Source of the DNA: Lama guanicoe
Taxonomy: Eukaryota
Length of the DNA stretch: 64,000 nt
Assembly (NCBI GenBank): GCA_013239625.1
Contig: MU053304.1
Location: 62,001-126,000 of the forward strand
Direction: 5' to 3'
Shown: positions 36,901 to 49,690 of the stretch, in pieces
How the letters are laid out: each line of letters starts with the position of its first letter
How positions within the stretch are numbered: the first letter of the stretch is position 1
Program-made: the position numbers and the translations under genes
The notes under the pieces: model-generated
Seen by the model: only the letters and a program-made list of their open reading frames with translations
Told to the model about the DNA's origin: nothing
Databases searched by the model: none

Positions 36901-39900
36901 AGACATCTATTGCTCTAGCTCACCTGGGGTCCAGTTGGACACCACCATGTTGGTCAACTCTCCTAAGATTCTGTGAGCAAAGATCCCTGTCTGTTTTGGG
37001 GTAGTTACTCAAAGCCTCAAATGGCCATGGCTCAGGGAAAGGGCCCTGGTACTGATAATAATTTTCCTACCTTTGGCCTCACCATTCTTCAACCACACAG
37101 TTGCTAAGGTGATTTTCTATCTTTGTCAAAGGAGACGATGTCACTTCCCTACTTGACCTCAAGATGAAATCCAAGCCCCTTAGCCTGCCATCCCAGGCCT
37201 CCCTTTGTAACTTTGTCCCTTGGCTCCCCCTGCAACTTATACCCTGGCAATTCCAAACTGTATACTGTTCCTTGAATGTTCCATGCTTTTTCTAGCCTCT
37301 GCCTGGAATGTCCTCTCCATCCATATTTGTCTACCTAGAAATTTTCTACTCAAAATTTGAAACATCGCTCAAAAATCAGCTGCTTTAGGAAGACTTCTTG
37401 GCTCTTGTAGAAGCTCCTCTCCTACTGTCAGTCCAGACAGGTACAGCTTCTCTCTCCTCTTATACTTCATCCCTTTGGGAGTGCTTCTGTAACCACAGGC
37501 AGCCCAATGTATTGTAATTGTTTGTTACCCCCGCCTCCTCTGACTTCCCCAGGGCATCAGCATCTCTCTCATCTTTATAGATCTGGCACCTGACACACAG
37601 CTGGTGTTCAGTAAATGCTAACTGGATAAAGACTGTTAGCACTTTAGGCAGCAGAAAAGGAAATGGGCTTAAAGGGTGCTAAGTCTTCTTACGCATGTTT
37701 CAGGGCCAGAATCAAAGCTGGGTCAGGGCAGAGCTTAAAAGCTGGTCACGGAAAAGAAGGACACTGATGATAGGACACTGACTTTCTAAGCATTCTGGAC
37801 TAGAGCTTAGGAGAGCTGAGGGAAATTGATTATGTAGGTAAACTGCCCAAGGCAGCTGGGTGGGGGTACCAACAAGACTATAAAATCTCATATTAGCCTC
37901 TGAGAGCAGAAACATCTGCTAAAGCCACAGCGGGCAGGCTCGCCAAGTTCAGCAACGGGTTAGCCAGGACAGCCCTGTGACCAACGGAAAGGGCCACAGA
38001 GGGGAAGAATCAATCATCTAAGCAAAAAGGAACAGGAGAGTCTAGCAGCGACATCAGCTCAAGGAGACCAGACAGCAACCCACTGGGGGCTCTCTAGTAC
38101 CAGGAGGGGCTGTGGGGGCTTCTTCTGCTCCTTGCAGCTCAGCCTTTGCTGGCGCCCAAAGCTCCCTCACACCTTCAGTGCCCAATGGCTGTCAGAGCGT
38201 GGGAACTTGGTGAGTTTTTCTCCTGTTGTCTGAGGATTCGTAGGTTTTAACAATAAGGTACACTCAGCTAGCTCCCCACTCACACACTGAAACAACTTAA
38301 AGGAAAGAGACAGTTCATTTGCCAGCCAACATCTCTGTTTAAAGAGTTTTCTTTTTCATATCAACACTTCCATGAATTCCGAATTTGATCAACTCTTTGT
38401 TACACAGTTTGACATTAACAAAACATCAACACTCTGACAACCTGCTGGGGTCATAAAGGAACATCTTAAAATTCTTTGGACTCCACTTTAAGACAGGCTT
38501 CCAATCCCAATCTTTGATGTCTATTATAAAGCAGTACCAATGAAATATCATAGAGATTTATAGGCGCACTTTCATTTGAGCTGTTTCACACCTAAAATAA
38601 CACGAGCGCTTGGGCCAAAAGGCAGAATATTTAGGTTTAGGTTTCAACTGTTTAGGTTTTCTTTTACTTTTAAAGCTCATTCACTTATTTTTTAAAAATT
38701 ACCTTACATTTTTCAATTACAATGTATTTCCCTCTCAGAGAAGATAGCTAGGACGCATTAACTAGATGGATGTCATGTCCTCTAAGAAGGACAGGCCTAA
38801 GTTCAGGCAGACAGTTGTCCTTTACCCTAACAGAGACCTATCTTTTGTTGAAAAGAAAATGTTTTTTCACAGAATTTAAGTGGACAATATATAAATTTAT
38901 CTTTCTTCCTGAGTGCGCCCTATTGTTAACACAAGTAACTAAATCTTACTAGTGTGAGTAAAACCCCAACAAAAAGAACTTCATTTTAAAAGACAGTGGG
39001 ATGATATCTGGACAGTAACATGATATTTGGAGGCAACATCTGTCTCACTGTACACTCTCCTAATCTATGGGCTAATTTCCCAAATCAAACTTAAACTGTA
39101 ACTATGACATCAGTTCCTTGTAAGTCAGTAACACTGAATGAAACCAGTGCTACATTCCCCATAGGTGGGAAATCAACTGGCACCCCCACTCCCCAACACA
39201 CACACTCCTTCCCCCATCTGATGACACTGGGAGAAATGGTTCTGCCAAATGAGAAAGAGAGAATCTGGAGGAGGGGGAAAGCAGCTCATCCAGCTTTTAA
39301 GAAGATCTTTATAGGCAAAGTAAAGTGGAAACAGCAGGAAAGTTCCTGGACACAGTCCTTTAAGAAACAAAAATGAGTAGGAAGAAAGGTCAGAGCAGTG
39401 GTTCAAAGGAATCAGAATGCACAGCTGCTGCTGTCCAAGGTTGTGGGCCGGCGCCACTCACTCCTGCCAAGCTGGGGGCAGTGCTGGGCAGCCGGAGCCT
39501 GGAGCCACTCAGAGGCACGTGGGCCCTTCCTCCATCCAGCTCCCCACTTTCAGAGCCTAAGAGAAGAGTCCCAACTCTACAGTCCCAAAGAGAAATCCTA
39601 GAACTGTGACAATCATGAAACTAGAGTAAAGAGAAGAGAAAAGGAAATCTGCTTAGTTATTTAATCCAATTTTATTTTTTCATTTTTTGATTCTGAAACC
39701 TAATTCCTGGCTATAAAAGAAGAATGCAGCAGCTAGATAAGAGAAAGCCACCTGCTAAAAAGAACTTCTAGCTGTGTCTAAAATTCCTAAATATTCAAAT
39801 CTGAAGGGCAGAGTTAAACTTTTCTGTATGGGGAGAACATTTTATTTTCTTCATGTGGCCTTTAAGGTTTAAAAGATTGCTACTACAATTTCTCTTTCCA

Positions 39901-40247
39901 TCATAACATTACAGTTTTTGTAGATAAAAGGGATTATAAAGTCTCATCTTCTTTCCCTAAGAGGTCTTGGGCCAGACAAAGGCTGGGTTTGGCCACCTGT
40001 ATTTTCAGGCAGGAGGTGTGGATGAAATGTCTCCAACCTGAGGTTATATTAAGTGTAGTCAACATACAAATAACAGAGCTGTGTTCTCAGGAAAGCCAAG
40101 CAGTGAGTGAGGTACCTGGATTTTGATGTGGTTCCTTTGCCTGAGTAGGCTGGGTATATATACTAAAAGGGGCCAGAGTGGAATGCAAGTTACCCCCAAA
40201 AAGCTTCAAAATAAAAACATGTGTTTTTATTTAAGTATCATACAGAC

Positions 40248-40258
40248 ACACACACATA

Positions 40259-40289
<31 letters not shown>
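40248..40289. repeat. Interrupted (CA)n microsatellite
   Basis: Read directly. Confidence 0.95.
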
Positions 40290-40291
<2 letters not shown>

Positions 40292-40299
40292 GTGCACAT

Positions 40300-41250
40300 C
40301 ATAAAGAAAAAGCCTGATGCTTTTTCACAAACTGAGCACTCATGTAATCAATGCCCAGATCAAGGATCATTAAAGTTCAATAACTACTCGGGCCCTTTTC
40401 TCTCAAGGGTAACCACTATTCTGACTTCTATCTTAGCTTGTTTTTGAACTTTATATAAATGGACTCATACAGTGTGTACTCTTGTGTCTGGTTTCTTTCG
40501 CCATTATGTTTGTGAGTGGAGCTGTCATCCGTTCATTCTCCTTGCTGTATAGCATCCCACTGTGTGACTATACCACAAATCATTAGTTCATTCTACAATT
40601 GAGGGTAATGAATAATTTCTAGCTTTTTTGGCTATTTTGAATAGTGTTGCAATGAACATTCTTACACATTCTTTTTGTAACACATGTACCCACTTCTGTT
40701 AGGTATATACTTAGAAGTAGAATTGCTGGGCCAGAAGGTATGTATACACATTTAACTTTAAAAGATACTGCCTGTCTTATTACTGCTATAACAAAAATAC
40801 CATAGACTGAGTGGCTTATAACAACATGCACTTATTACTCATTATTCTGGAGGCTAGGAAATCCAAGATCAAGGTGACAGCAGATTGTGTGTCGAGTAAG
40901 GGTCCATTTCCTAGTCCATAGATGGCGCCTTCCTGTAGTGACCTCACATGGTAATGAGAGTGCTCTCTAGGGTCTCTTTTGTAAGGGCACTAATCTCCTT
41001 CACGTGGGCTCCATCCTTATGATCTAATAACCTCTGAAAGGTCCCCCCCTCCTAAGACCATCGTATTAGGATTTCAACATATGAATTTGGCAAGGGGGAG
41101 GAGAGGACACAAACATTCAGTCCATACCACTGTCAAACAGTTTTTCAAAGTGGTTGTAGCAATTTGCCTTTCCTGCAGCAGTGAGAGTTTCCACTACTCC
41201 ACATCCTTGTGGATACTTGGTATTATCTGTCTTTATTTTAGCCATCCTGG
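40300..41250 (-). mobile_element. Old L1M fragment interrupted by an MLT1 LTR
   Basis: Antisense L1 3' motifs (ttgaactttatataaatggactcatacag, aagtagaattgctggg). The L1 resumes after 41130. Confidence 0.7.
40773..41129 (-). mobile_element. MLT1A-like MaLR solo LTR
   Basis: tgtc...ctgctataacaaaaataccatagactg...aacattcagtccatacca. TSD ctgcc / ctgtc. Confidence 0.85.
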
Positions 41251-42486
41251 TGGATTGCACAGATTTTTGAGATGAGAGTTGGGTTCTCTGTCTTTCTCAC
41301 ATCTTTCCTAGTAAAGCAACGCCAACTAGTTGTGACATTCCCAGGTGTCACAAGCTAGAAGATACTCAGGCTCCCTGCCTCAGGCTGTCCAACAAGTGTT
41401 GGTAAGTCAAAGCTGAAGCCCTGAAGAGACCAGATGTCCAATTCTCCTGGAGCAGGTAGAGCTCTAGGATTTTGATTACATGTTCTAGGTTGTAATGGTC
41501 CCGAAAGTACTGTTATGGGGCAGGGGAGAGGAAGTGCCAGGTTTCCCTAGGGAGGGCCTCCACTGGATTAACAGATGACAGCTCTGGCTTCTGTTTGGGA
41601 CAACGTACATCTGTGCGAGCACCCTCTGGAGAGGGAGTAGACGGCTCCATACAGGACACCCTCCACCATGGGTTGTTAATGGCTGCCTGAGCAAGACATG
41701 GGGAGCTAAAGTTGGGCCACAGGTAACAGGATCTCCAGCCCCTGAAGGACATGGCTATAATTAAGTCCTAGAGGAGCCCCTTCCTCTCCCACTCCTCAAC
41801 TTTTTTTTTTTAAAACAGACTATTTTTTCAGAGCAGTTTTAGGTTTGCAGTAAAACTGAGCAGAAGTTAGAGATTTCCCATATCCCCTCTGCCCCCATAC
41901 ATGCAAAACTGCATTACCAACACGCCCACCAGAGCGGTACACTGGTTATGAAAGCAGATTAGCCTGCACCCTAACAACAGTGGTTGAAACGTTTTCTTAA
42001 AAGGCCACTAGTACATTTTCATTCCATTCTCCTAGAGCACTGTGTCAGCACCTTAGACATCACATGAATGAATGGGTGACTGTATTATAACAAAACTTTA
42101 TAAAAATGGTGACTGGTACAGGCTGAATTTGCTGAACCTCGCTCTGCAACAACAGTTTGGAAGCTCCTCATTTCCTCTTGAATCTGACTACTTGTCTGAG
42201 TTACTTAGGGCTGGTCCGAGGGCCTGAGATGAGTACCTGCGTCTTGCCTTGGGAACGCTTCAGTTTGGTTTGTCTTAAACATACAAAGGCCTAACAGGAA
42301 AACACAACAACAGAGGGCAAACACTCTCCCAGGGAAAATCTTTCTTTGGTTAAAGATCATATTAGAAGTGAGAAAAGATGTTCTGACAAGATTGCTATTC
42401 CTCATAATTTTTTTAAAGAGAAATAAACAAAGGAAGACGACTAAACAGAAGCACGTTTTTGAGTCCAAGAAATTGGAGACATTTAC

Positions 42487-42599
42487 CTTCTGAACCAAGT
42501 AGACACTTGTAGCTCTCTCAGCAGCCACTTTATCCAAATTGGATCCCTCAGGAACAAAGTAACTGACGTCAGCGATGTGAACTCCCACCTCAAAATTGC
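42487..42599 (-). CDS. DIS3L2: DIS3L2 coding exon (human exon 11 equivalent), 113 bp, (G)[37 protein letters not shown]
   Basis: Acceptor tgtatttacag|GC, donor AAG|gtaaat. Contains the RNB-domain motifs VHIADVS and RATSVYL. Phase 1 to 0. Confidence 0.97.
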
Positions 42600-42929
42600 C
42601 TGTAAATACACAAGAAGGCTGATCAGCCTGGCATGGAAGGCAAGGGCAATCCCTCCTGGGACTCCATCCCAAGAATGCATGTCACTCCCAGAGGCCACAG
42701 GGCGGAGTACGGGCTGCCATTTTTGGTCTTGCTGAGCACTCCATCTATCGGCTGAGTGTTCATTTTTGTTACTTTCTTCATCATATACCAACTGGTGTTG
42801 AGATTTTTATCCCGAATTAACAATATTAACCATTTTTACAAGATGTTTCCCATTTCTAAAGCCTTCTGTCTTTGAGTAAACATCAGCAGACTTGCAAAAG
42901 AAGACTTGGATGATGAACAAATCCTTTCA

Positions 42930-43640
42930 GCTCACTAGAGGGAATTAATCCCTGTATCCTGCAGATTCTTGCCTCTGAAAGCTCTGCGCTTCCTGTCTGT
43001 TCTGGCCACAGCCTTTATTCAGCCTCACGGCTGGCCTTCCTACCTTGATTCCAGCCCCTCTTACCTGGCCTCCACACTGTTGCTAATAATCATCTTAACC
43101 ATGGATCTGGTGATGTCACTCCTTAGGCTGCTATTCATGCCCTTGTATGGTCTCACCCCAGTCTACCTGGCTAGACTTACGGCCCCATCTCCACATGCTC
43201 TCTATGCGGTTGTCATGAGAAACCTTTCCATTCCCAGAACATATCTTACCTCATCCCATTCAGATGCTTGCTTGGCTTATGCTTTTTCTTACATGTGGGA
43301 TAATAATCACAACATGGTCTGCCTATCAAAATCTTTCTTACCTTATAAGGGCCAATTGAAGAGAAACCCAGAACAAGAAGAGATTCTCTGCCCCCTGTTT
43401 CCTCCACTTGTACTGTTAAAGCAGCTAATCCATAACTGAAGATGCTTATCATGGTCTTTTCCTCAGGGCTGTCATCACCATCAGTTATCACAGCACATGT
43501 TTACCAGCTCACGTGTTCACCTTTCCCTACAGTGCAGGCTCCAGGAAGGCAGAGCCTTTTGTGTCAAGTCCAATATTGGAGGCCAGTGCCTAGAAAAATG
43601 CCTGACACACCACAGGCACTCAATAAGTGAATGTATCAAT
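42930..43640 (+). mobile_element. LINE-2 3' fragment
   Basis: Ends cagtgcctagaaaaatgcctgacacaccacaggcactcaataagtgaatg. Confidence 0.65.
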
Positions 43641-46600
43641 TGGTTTGTTTGCCTGTAGCCTTTCCCATTCTGGTAAAAGACCTACTTTTTTCCCTTTTAG
43701 AATTGCCCTTTCCTTTCCTGGTGGACTTGTTTTTTCAACAGGCCCTGCCAAAGAGACGGTCAGATGACTCAGGCTGGTGGAACTGCACCTAAAGTGGGCA
43801 TGGGGGGCTGGTTAGGTTATAAATTTAAGATGTACTCTTGAACATCCCCTAAATCATCTATCAAATGTAGTATATGTGATTAACACACAAATACACACAA
43901 AGATATATACACAAAAATGCACAAAATGGATCGAATATGAAGAACAGTACACATGTAAAACAAGCACATAGTTTGAAGACAGCGAGCATCGTGGACAGAC
44001 AGAAGCACAGTGATGATACAAGCCCAAAGGTGAACTTGCTTATAATTTAAATATATGCCTGATGGGATTCCACTGTACCTTGTTCCTGCTCACAGTGAAT
44101 GACCGGTCTAGGCAGAGGCATGTGACCCAAGTAGATTTATTCTGAGCCTGTTTCCAGGGATTGATATGGACTTCAGAAAAGGGGGTCTCTCTCCCAGGAC
44201 TCTGGACAATAAGTCTGGAGCTGCCCAGGAAACATCTCTGCCACATAATGATGCCAGTACAGAAAATAATAGGTCTAAGAAACAAAGGGAGAATCATGAT
44301 GACCTCATTTGAACTCCAGGATTCAGCTGAACTAGAAACTAGCCTACCTGTGGTCTTGGCAGCTCATGAGTCAATCAATTTCCTTTCAGTTATGACTCAC
44401 TGAAGGAATCCTGACTGAAACCCAAGTTGACTCAGAGGAGTTTACTAACACATCACCACTTTATCCTCTGGTTACCTGGATAATCAGTCTTAAGGTATCT
44501 CACATTTTACTTGTAAAATTTGTAGCTATTTATTGTTCTCCTATTTCTTCTTCACTGGGGGATGATTCTTTCCTTGGTTTTTGAACTGGAAAAATGTTTA
44601 AACTTGGAGTTAAAATAAGAGGTTCAGGGAAAGAAAAGAATTTCAGATTCCCCATTCTCATTTGTCTCACACTCAGAGACCACCCTCCTACAGGGAAGTC
44701 ACTGGGTTTTTCCATCCAGTCCTGTAACATGAATACATTAAGGAAAACTCAAGTCCATCTAAGAAATCCTGGCTGCTATGGGATAATACAACAGATCTAT
44801 TTCCCACAGAGGAGAGGCAGTCTGGAAGGCTGAGGAAAACCAGCATGGCTCAAAGTTCAGCTGCCTCACTCTGTGAGCCACGCAGCTGTGCGGCTGGGTC
44901 ACTGGGAGCAGGGAAACCAGCCCCACGATGATCGAGGAACTCAGCCTTACGAGAATGTGGCCAAGAGTCTCAGACAGTTCAACTCCCAGTTTCGATATTA
45001 CAAGTATCTAAAACCAACACTTGGAGAAGGTAAAATAAAGTGCCTCCTTTTGAAGTTAGAATTATAATGTATTGGCCTAACAGGTAAATATTGACTAAAG
45101 GAAAAGAGAGAGGATTATTACATCATGAAATAAACCATAATTTAAAAATCAGTCTGTGTGTTGTTACTACACATGAACTTTCTGTCCTGAGTCAAAATTG
45201 ACAAACTGACAAAGAGTTCATTACAGGAGATAAAACACAAAGGGGGCCAATCAAAACACATCGGAAAGGCTTAAATTTCACAGAATTCCCAGCAGAGCCT
45301 CTAAAACCAAGGAAGAGAAGCTTTCTTATTCTCTCTTTTGGATCTTTTTTATGGAAACACTAAGTAAATATTTTATTCCATATATTTACATAATGTGAAC
45401 TTGCAGAACTCTTGAGGCAGAGGCACTGAAGTTTTTATTCTATGAAAGAGAAAATAAAGATCCAAAAGGTTATGTAGTATACGCTGCCAAAACATCTAGG
45501 ACCAATTTGATGTTTCAAAAAGTACTGTCTCCCATATAAAAGTATTCTTTAAAATATTTTTTGTATTAAAAATTTTTTATTTACTAAGTCTGAGGTGAGT
45601 CCTGTGAGTTTTGAGGAGCTGGGCAAATGGAGGAAGAAGAGTCCCCAAGGCCAGCCACGTCTGCACAGGGCCCGCAAACTTAAACAAATGCAAATGCTCC
45701 AGTGGACACCAGAATGGCTTCATCCAATTAAAACACTAATAAGAACATACAGCAGGGCTCAAGAATCATCTTTTCTAAGCCAGTCTCCCAGTCAGTTCAC
45801 CCACATCCCAACAGCATCCCTGCCAGGTGGCCCCTGACACATCCTCAAGGGTGGGGAGCTAGCATCTTGAAGCCACCAGCTCTACTTCTGAAGAGTGTTT
45901 CCTTACACGGATCTGAGATACATGGAAAGGGAGCCACTATTTTATTCCAGCTCTGGGCAGCCAAAAGAGGCGAGCCCTCTGTTTAAGGTGCTCACAGTCT
46001 GATGAGGTTGGCAGATACTCCGCTGTGGTGACAATGTGATATTACTAGTGCTGTGACAGAGGAAGGCTGCAAAACCTCACTCTGGGAGCAAGTTGAGCTG
46101 AAATCTGTTTTTACTTCAGTAAGAACATGTGAAAGTGCTTTGTACTCTATAAAAACTCCATGAACGTAACGTTGACAATGATGATCATAAAAATGATAAC
46201 AAGGAGAGCAGCAGTGACCACTTATTTACTGTCTCTTTTGCGCCAGGGGCTCCACACACATGAAAATAGCTTTGACAATAGCTGTATAAATCGTGTTTCT
46301 CAGATGAATCAGCTGAGGCTCAGAAACGTTCCATGTCACTCGTCCAAGGTTACCTGGCTAGTACGCAAGGAACTCTGGATGCAACACCAGGTCGGATTCG
46401 GAGCTTTTGCTCCTTTTATTATCACCCCCCGCCCTCCACCACTGTCACAGTAACTCCAGGACAAGATGACACAACTCAATTTTTCAGCTCAGTGGATCAC
46501 AGCTGAAAAGTCCCTCCCTACCTCTTATGAGTCAATAGAAGTCACATTCTTGGCTATGGATTCAGAAGTCCTGTCAGACTTTTCCCAGCCCTGTTCACAG

Positions 46601-47079
46601 CTACATCCCTGTTCCCACTGCCAATCTTTTTAGCCACTTGTAACAAGCACTGATTACAGAACAACCACTAAGCTGTCAACTCCAGTTCTATTTAATTTTG
46701 AGCCCTTAAGATTTAGTAATTCCTTTTTAAATCCTAGTGTATAGGTATCTTTAGCTAGTGGCAGACTGACTGTCCTAAGCACCTGAAAGGGCTATGCCTG
46801 CCACAGGTGGGAATGTATCAGGCTTCCTTTACCAGGAGTGAGACCAGAGCCTTCCAGACTTAGGTCACTTGAGTTCACTTTTACCCTCTGCTGAGACTGG
46901 ACAGTGGTGACAGAGGCACCTCATGACCCAGTAGGATGCTCCTTTTAATCCAGCATATAGGGGAACAATGTTGCTAAATGCACCTCATTTAGCAAAAGCA
47001 AAAAATAATTGCTTTTGTCCAGATCTCTAGTGTTCAAACATTTTTAGGACTGTCTTGGCCTGACCTTACAGGGCATCTG

Positions 47080-48245
47080 AGGCCTGGTGACTTCTCCCTC
47101 CGTGAGACACCATTCCTATGGCTCCAGGCCCCACTCTGGGTGTCTGACTCTGTCGCTGCCCCTTCTCAGGCTCCTCTGCCTCTCCTTGTCCCTTACATAT
47201 TGGCGTGCTTTCAAGCTCATCACGGCTGTCTGCGCTTCCAATTCCACTCTTTCGGCCTGGACTGTCTCATCCACTCTCAAGAGATCAAGCATCATCTCTG
47301 TGTTTTGGTCTCCTCGGTCTGGGCCAGCAGCCCAGATCTCTCTGAGCTCCAGACTGATATACACAAGGGTCCACTGGGAACTGCCACTTAGCTGTCCCCC
47401 AGGCATCTCACACTCACACTTCAGCAAACCAAAAAAGGCACCACAACCGCCAAAACCCCTCCAAAACCTAGGCTTGTTCTCAGCCTGCGGTGATCAGTCT
47501 CTTTGACCTCTCCCTCCTGAATGTCTCTCAAATCTGTCTCTCTTCTTCACACATCACCACTTCAGCCAGGACCACCATCATTTCTTTAAAGGAAGATCTA
47601 ACACCTACGTGTGGTTCTCCCTGCCATTTCTCAAACCCATTTCCCACACTGAAGATAATGTCTTTTCCTCCTTGTTACCTCACTGCGTAAACCCTGCTGG
47701 GCCCCCACTGCAATGAGCATGCAGCCGTCTGGCTTCCCAGGCCTTACTGGCCCTCGCCTGGGTTCTTCCACTCCTCCCTCTGCGCGCTGTGCTCTATCAC
47801 TGCTTCACAAAGAGGCGACAGTGACAAAATTCTTTATCGTGTGGGTCTGCCCTGAGCATGTTCAACTTTCCTGGCCCTAACTCCTTATGTGCCAGTCACT
47901 GCACCAGAACGTCTTCAGCTGCTCAAACCTATCAGGCTCCACACTGCTCTCCCTTGCAGGGTATTCTTCTCCTGTCTCTCTCCCTGGCGACGCCCACCGG
48001 GCCTGCAGACCACTGTGGAAAGCCCACTCCCTTTGGCAGGCCTTCCCTGATGACCTGGACCAGGATCCCCCTCCCGACCTCTGTGTCTTCCTATAGCACC
48101 TTTTACCCTCCCTACACCCTCCCCCACCCACCCGACACGACTTACTCAAGGAGGTCACAAGGTGTCTCCCCCCTCATCTGTAGCCAGCATGAAGGGCAAG
48201 GAAAAGCCTGCATACACTGCTGGTATAGGATATTTACTGAATGAC
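47080..48245 (+). mobile_element. LINE-2 fragment
   Basis: cccagatctctctgagctccagact...caggcatctcacactca; ends tttactgaatga. Confidence 0.65.
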
Positions 48246-48764
48246 TAAGGAAAAAACAAACACACAGGGTAGATATTGCCACTCTGGGTTGACAGGGGTT
48301 GGAAACTCTGCCTGGCCTAACTGTGCAGAGTTCTCCCCACACCAGGTCTTCCCAGAGTGTGCCCAATTTATGCTTGCACACCTGTGGTGCCTGAGAAATC
48401 ACTACTTGCTCATGCAGTCCACTCCAGCCTCAGCAAACAATGTAAAAAAATCTCTCCCTTTAAAGCCAAGATACATCTTCTTAGACTGTCCACTTGTCTG
48501 CCCAGTTCTACCCCCTGGGGCCGCCCAGAACAAGGCCAGCCCCTCAGAGAAGAGCAATCTGGCTACAAGAAATTAGGGAAGTGGCAGATCTCTTCCAGCA
48601 GGCTGGGCTCTACTCCTAGGACAGCATCAGCTTTAAATGTTTAGACAGTTAGCATGTAGCCCTCTAGATCTTCTCTCCTTCAGGCTAATATCCATGTGGC
48701 TTGGATTGACTCACCTCATAATCCTCAACGTCTTCCTCCAAACATGCTCTTCATAACCACCTCA

Positions 48765-49690
48765 TTCACTCAATTAGCCATTCAACAAACACTTATTAAG
48801 CTCCTACTATGTGGTAGATACTTTTCTAGACATACAAGCAACCAAGATTGACAAGGTCTCTTCTCTTGTGGAGCTTACATTCTCATGGGGAGAGAAAGAC
48901 AACAAACAAACAAATAAATTGTAAGATTACTTATGATAGTAAAAGGGACTTTGAATTCCACATATTAAGTGATATTTTATCTTAAAAAAGATAAATGAAC
49001 TTATTTACAAAACAGAAACAGACTCACAGACATAAAAAACAAGCTTAATGGTTACCAGTGGGAGAAGGGGGTGGTAACGGATAAATTGGGAGTTCTAGAT
49101 TTGCAGATATTAATATACATAAAATAAATAAACAACAAGTTTATACTGCATAGCACAGGGAACTACATTCAATATCTTAATCTAGGGTGAAAAAGAATAT
49201 GAAAATGAATATATCTATGTTCCTATATAACTGAAGCACTGTGCTGTACACCAGAAATTGACACAACATTGTAAACTGACTATACTTCAATAAAAATACA
49301 TATTAAAAAACAAAAAGGACTTTGAAGAAAACAAAACAGGGTGAGGTGATGAGGATGAGGGGGATTTTAGCTTGGAAAGGTCTCTCTGAGGAAATAAACT
49401 GAGACCTGTGTGCCTGCAAAGAACCATGGCACACGATGACCCTGGGGAGAGCATCCCAGGCAGGAGGATAACCAGAGCAAAGGTCAAAGGTGGGGGCACG
49501 CTGGCTACAACTAAGGAATAGAAAGAAGATGGGAACGGAGAGGCGAATTGGAAGCTAGGAGGCCAGTGAGGTAGATGGGACCCCAGTGAGACATGACTGG
49601 ATAGGCCAGGATGAAGCATTTAGATTTTATTTCAGGTGTGATGGGAAACCACTGGGGAGTTTTAAGCAGAGAAGTGACATTCACTGAATA
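48765..49690 (-). mobile_element. LINE-2 3' fragment interrupted by a young L1
   Basis: cattcaacaaacacttattaagctcctactatgt...; resumes after 49326 and includes gttttaagcagagaagtgaca. Confidence 0.7.
48956..49311 (+). mobile_element. Young L1 3' end with a ~20-bp 5' micro-inversion
   Basis: TSD aaaagggactttgaa (48941-48955) / aaaaaggactttgaa (49312-49326). The first 20 bp are the reverse complement of L1 atatcacttatatgtggaa. Confidence 0.85.

Noticed and set aside
42205..42672. 155-aa ORF as an extended DIS3L2 exon or novel isoform (likewise 8685-9074 and 27128-27364)
   Set aside because: Homology stops exactly at canonical splice sites; the extensions are chance open intron frame.
46481..46509. 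Hairpin ttttcagct...agctgaaaa as a miRNA precursor or terminator
   Set aside because: A 9-bp stem is too short for a pre-miRNA and is expected by chance in 64 kb.
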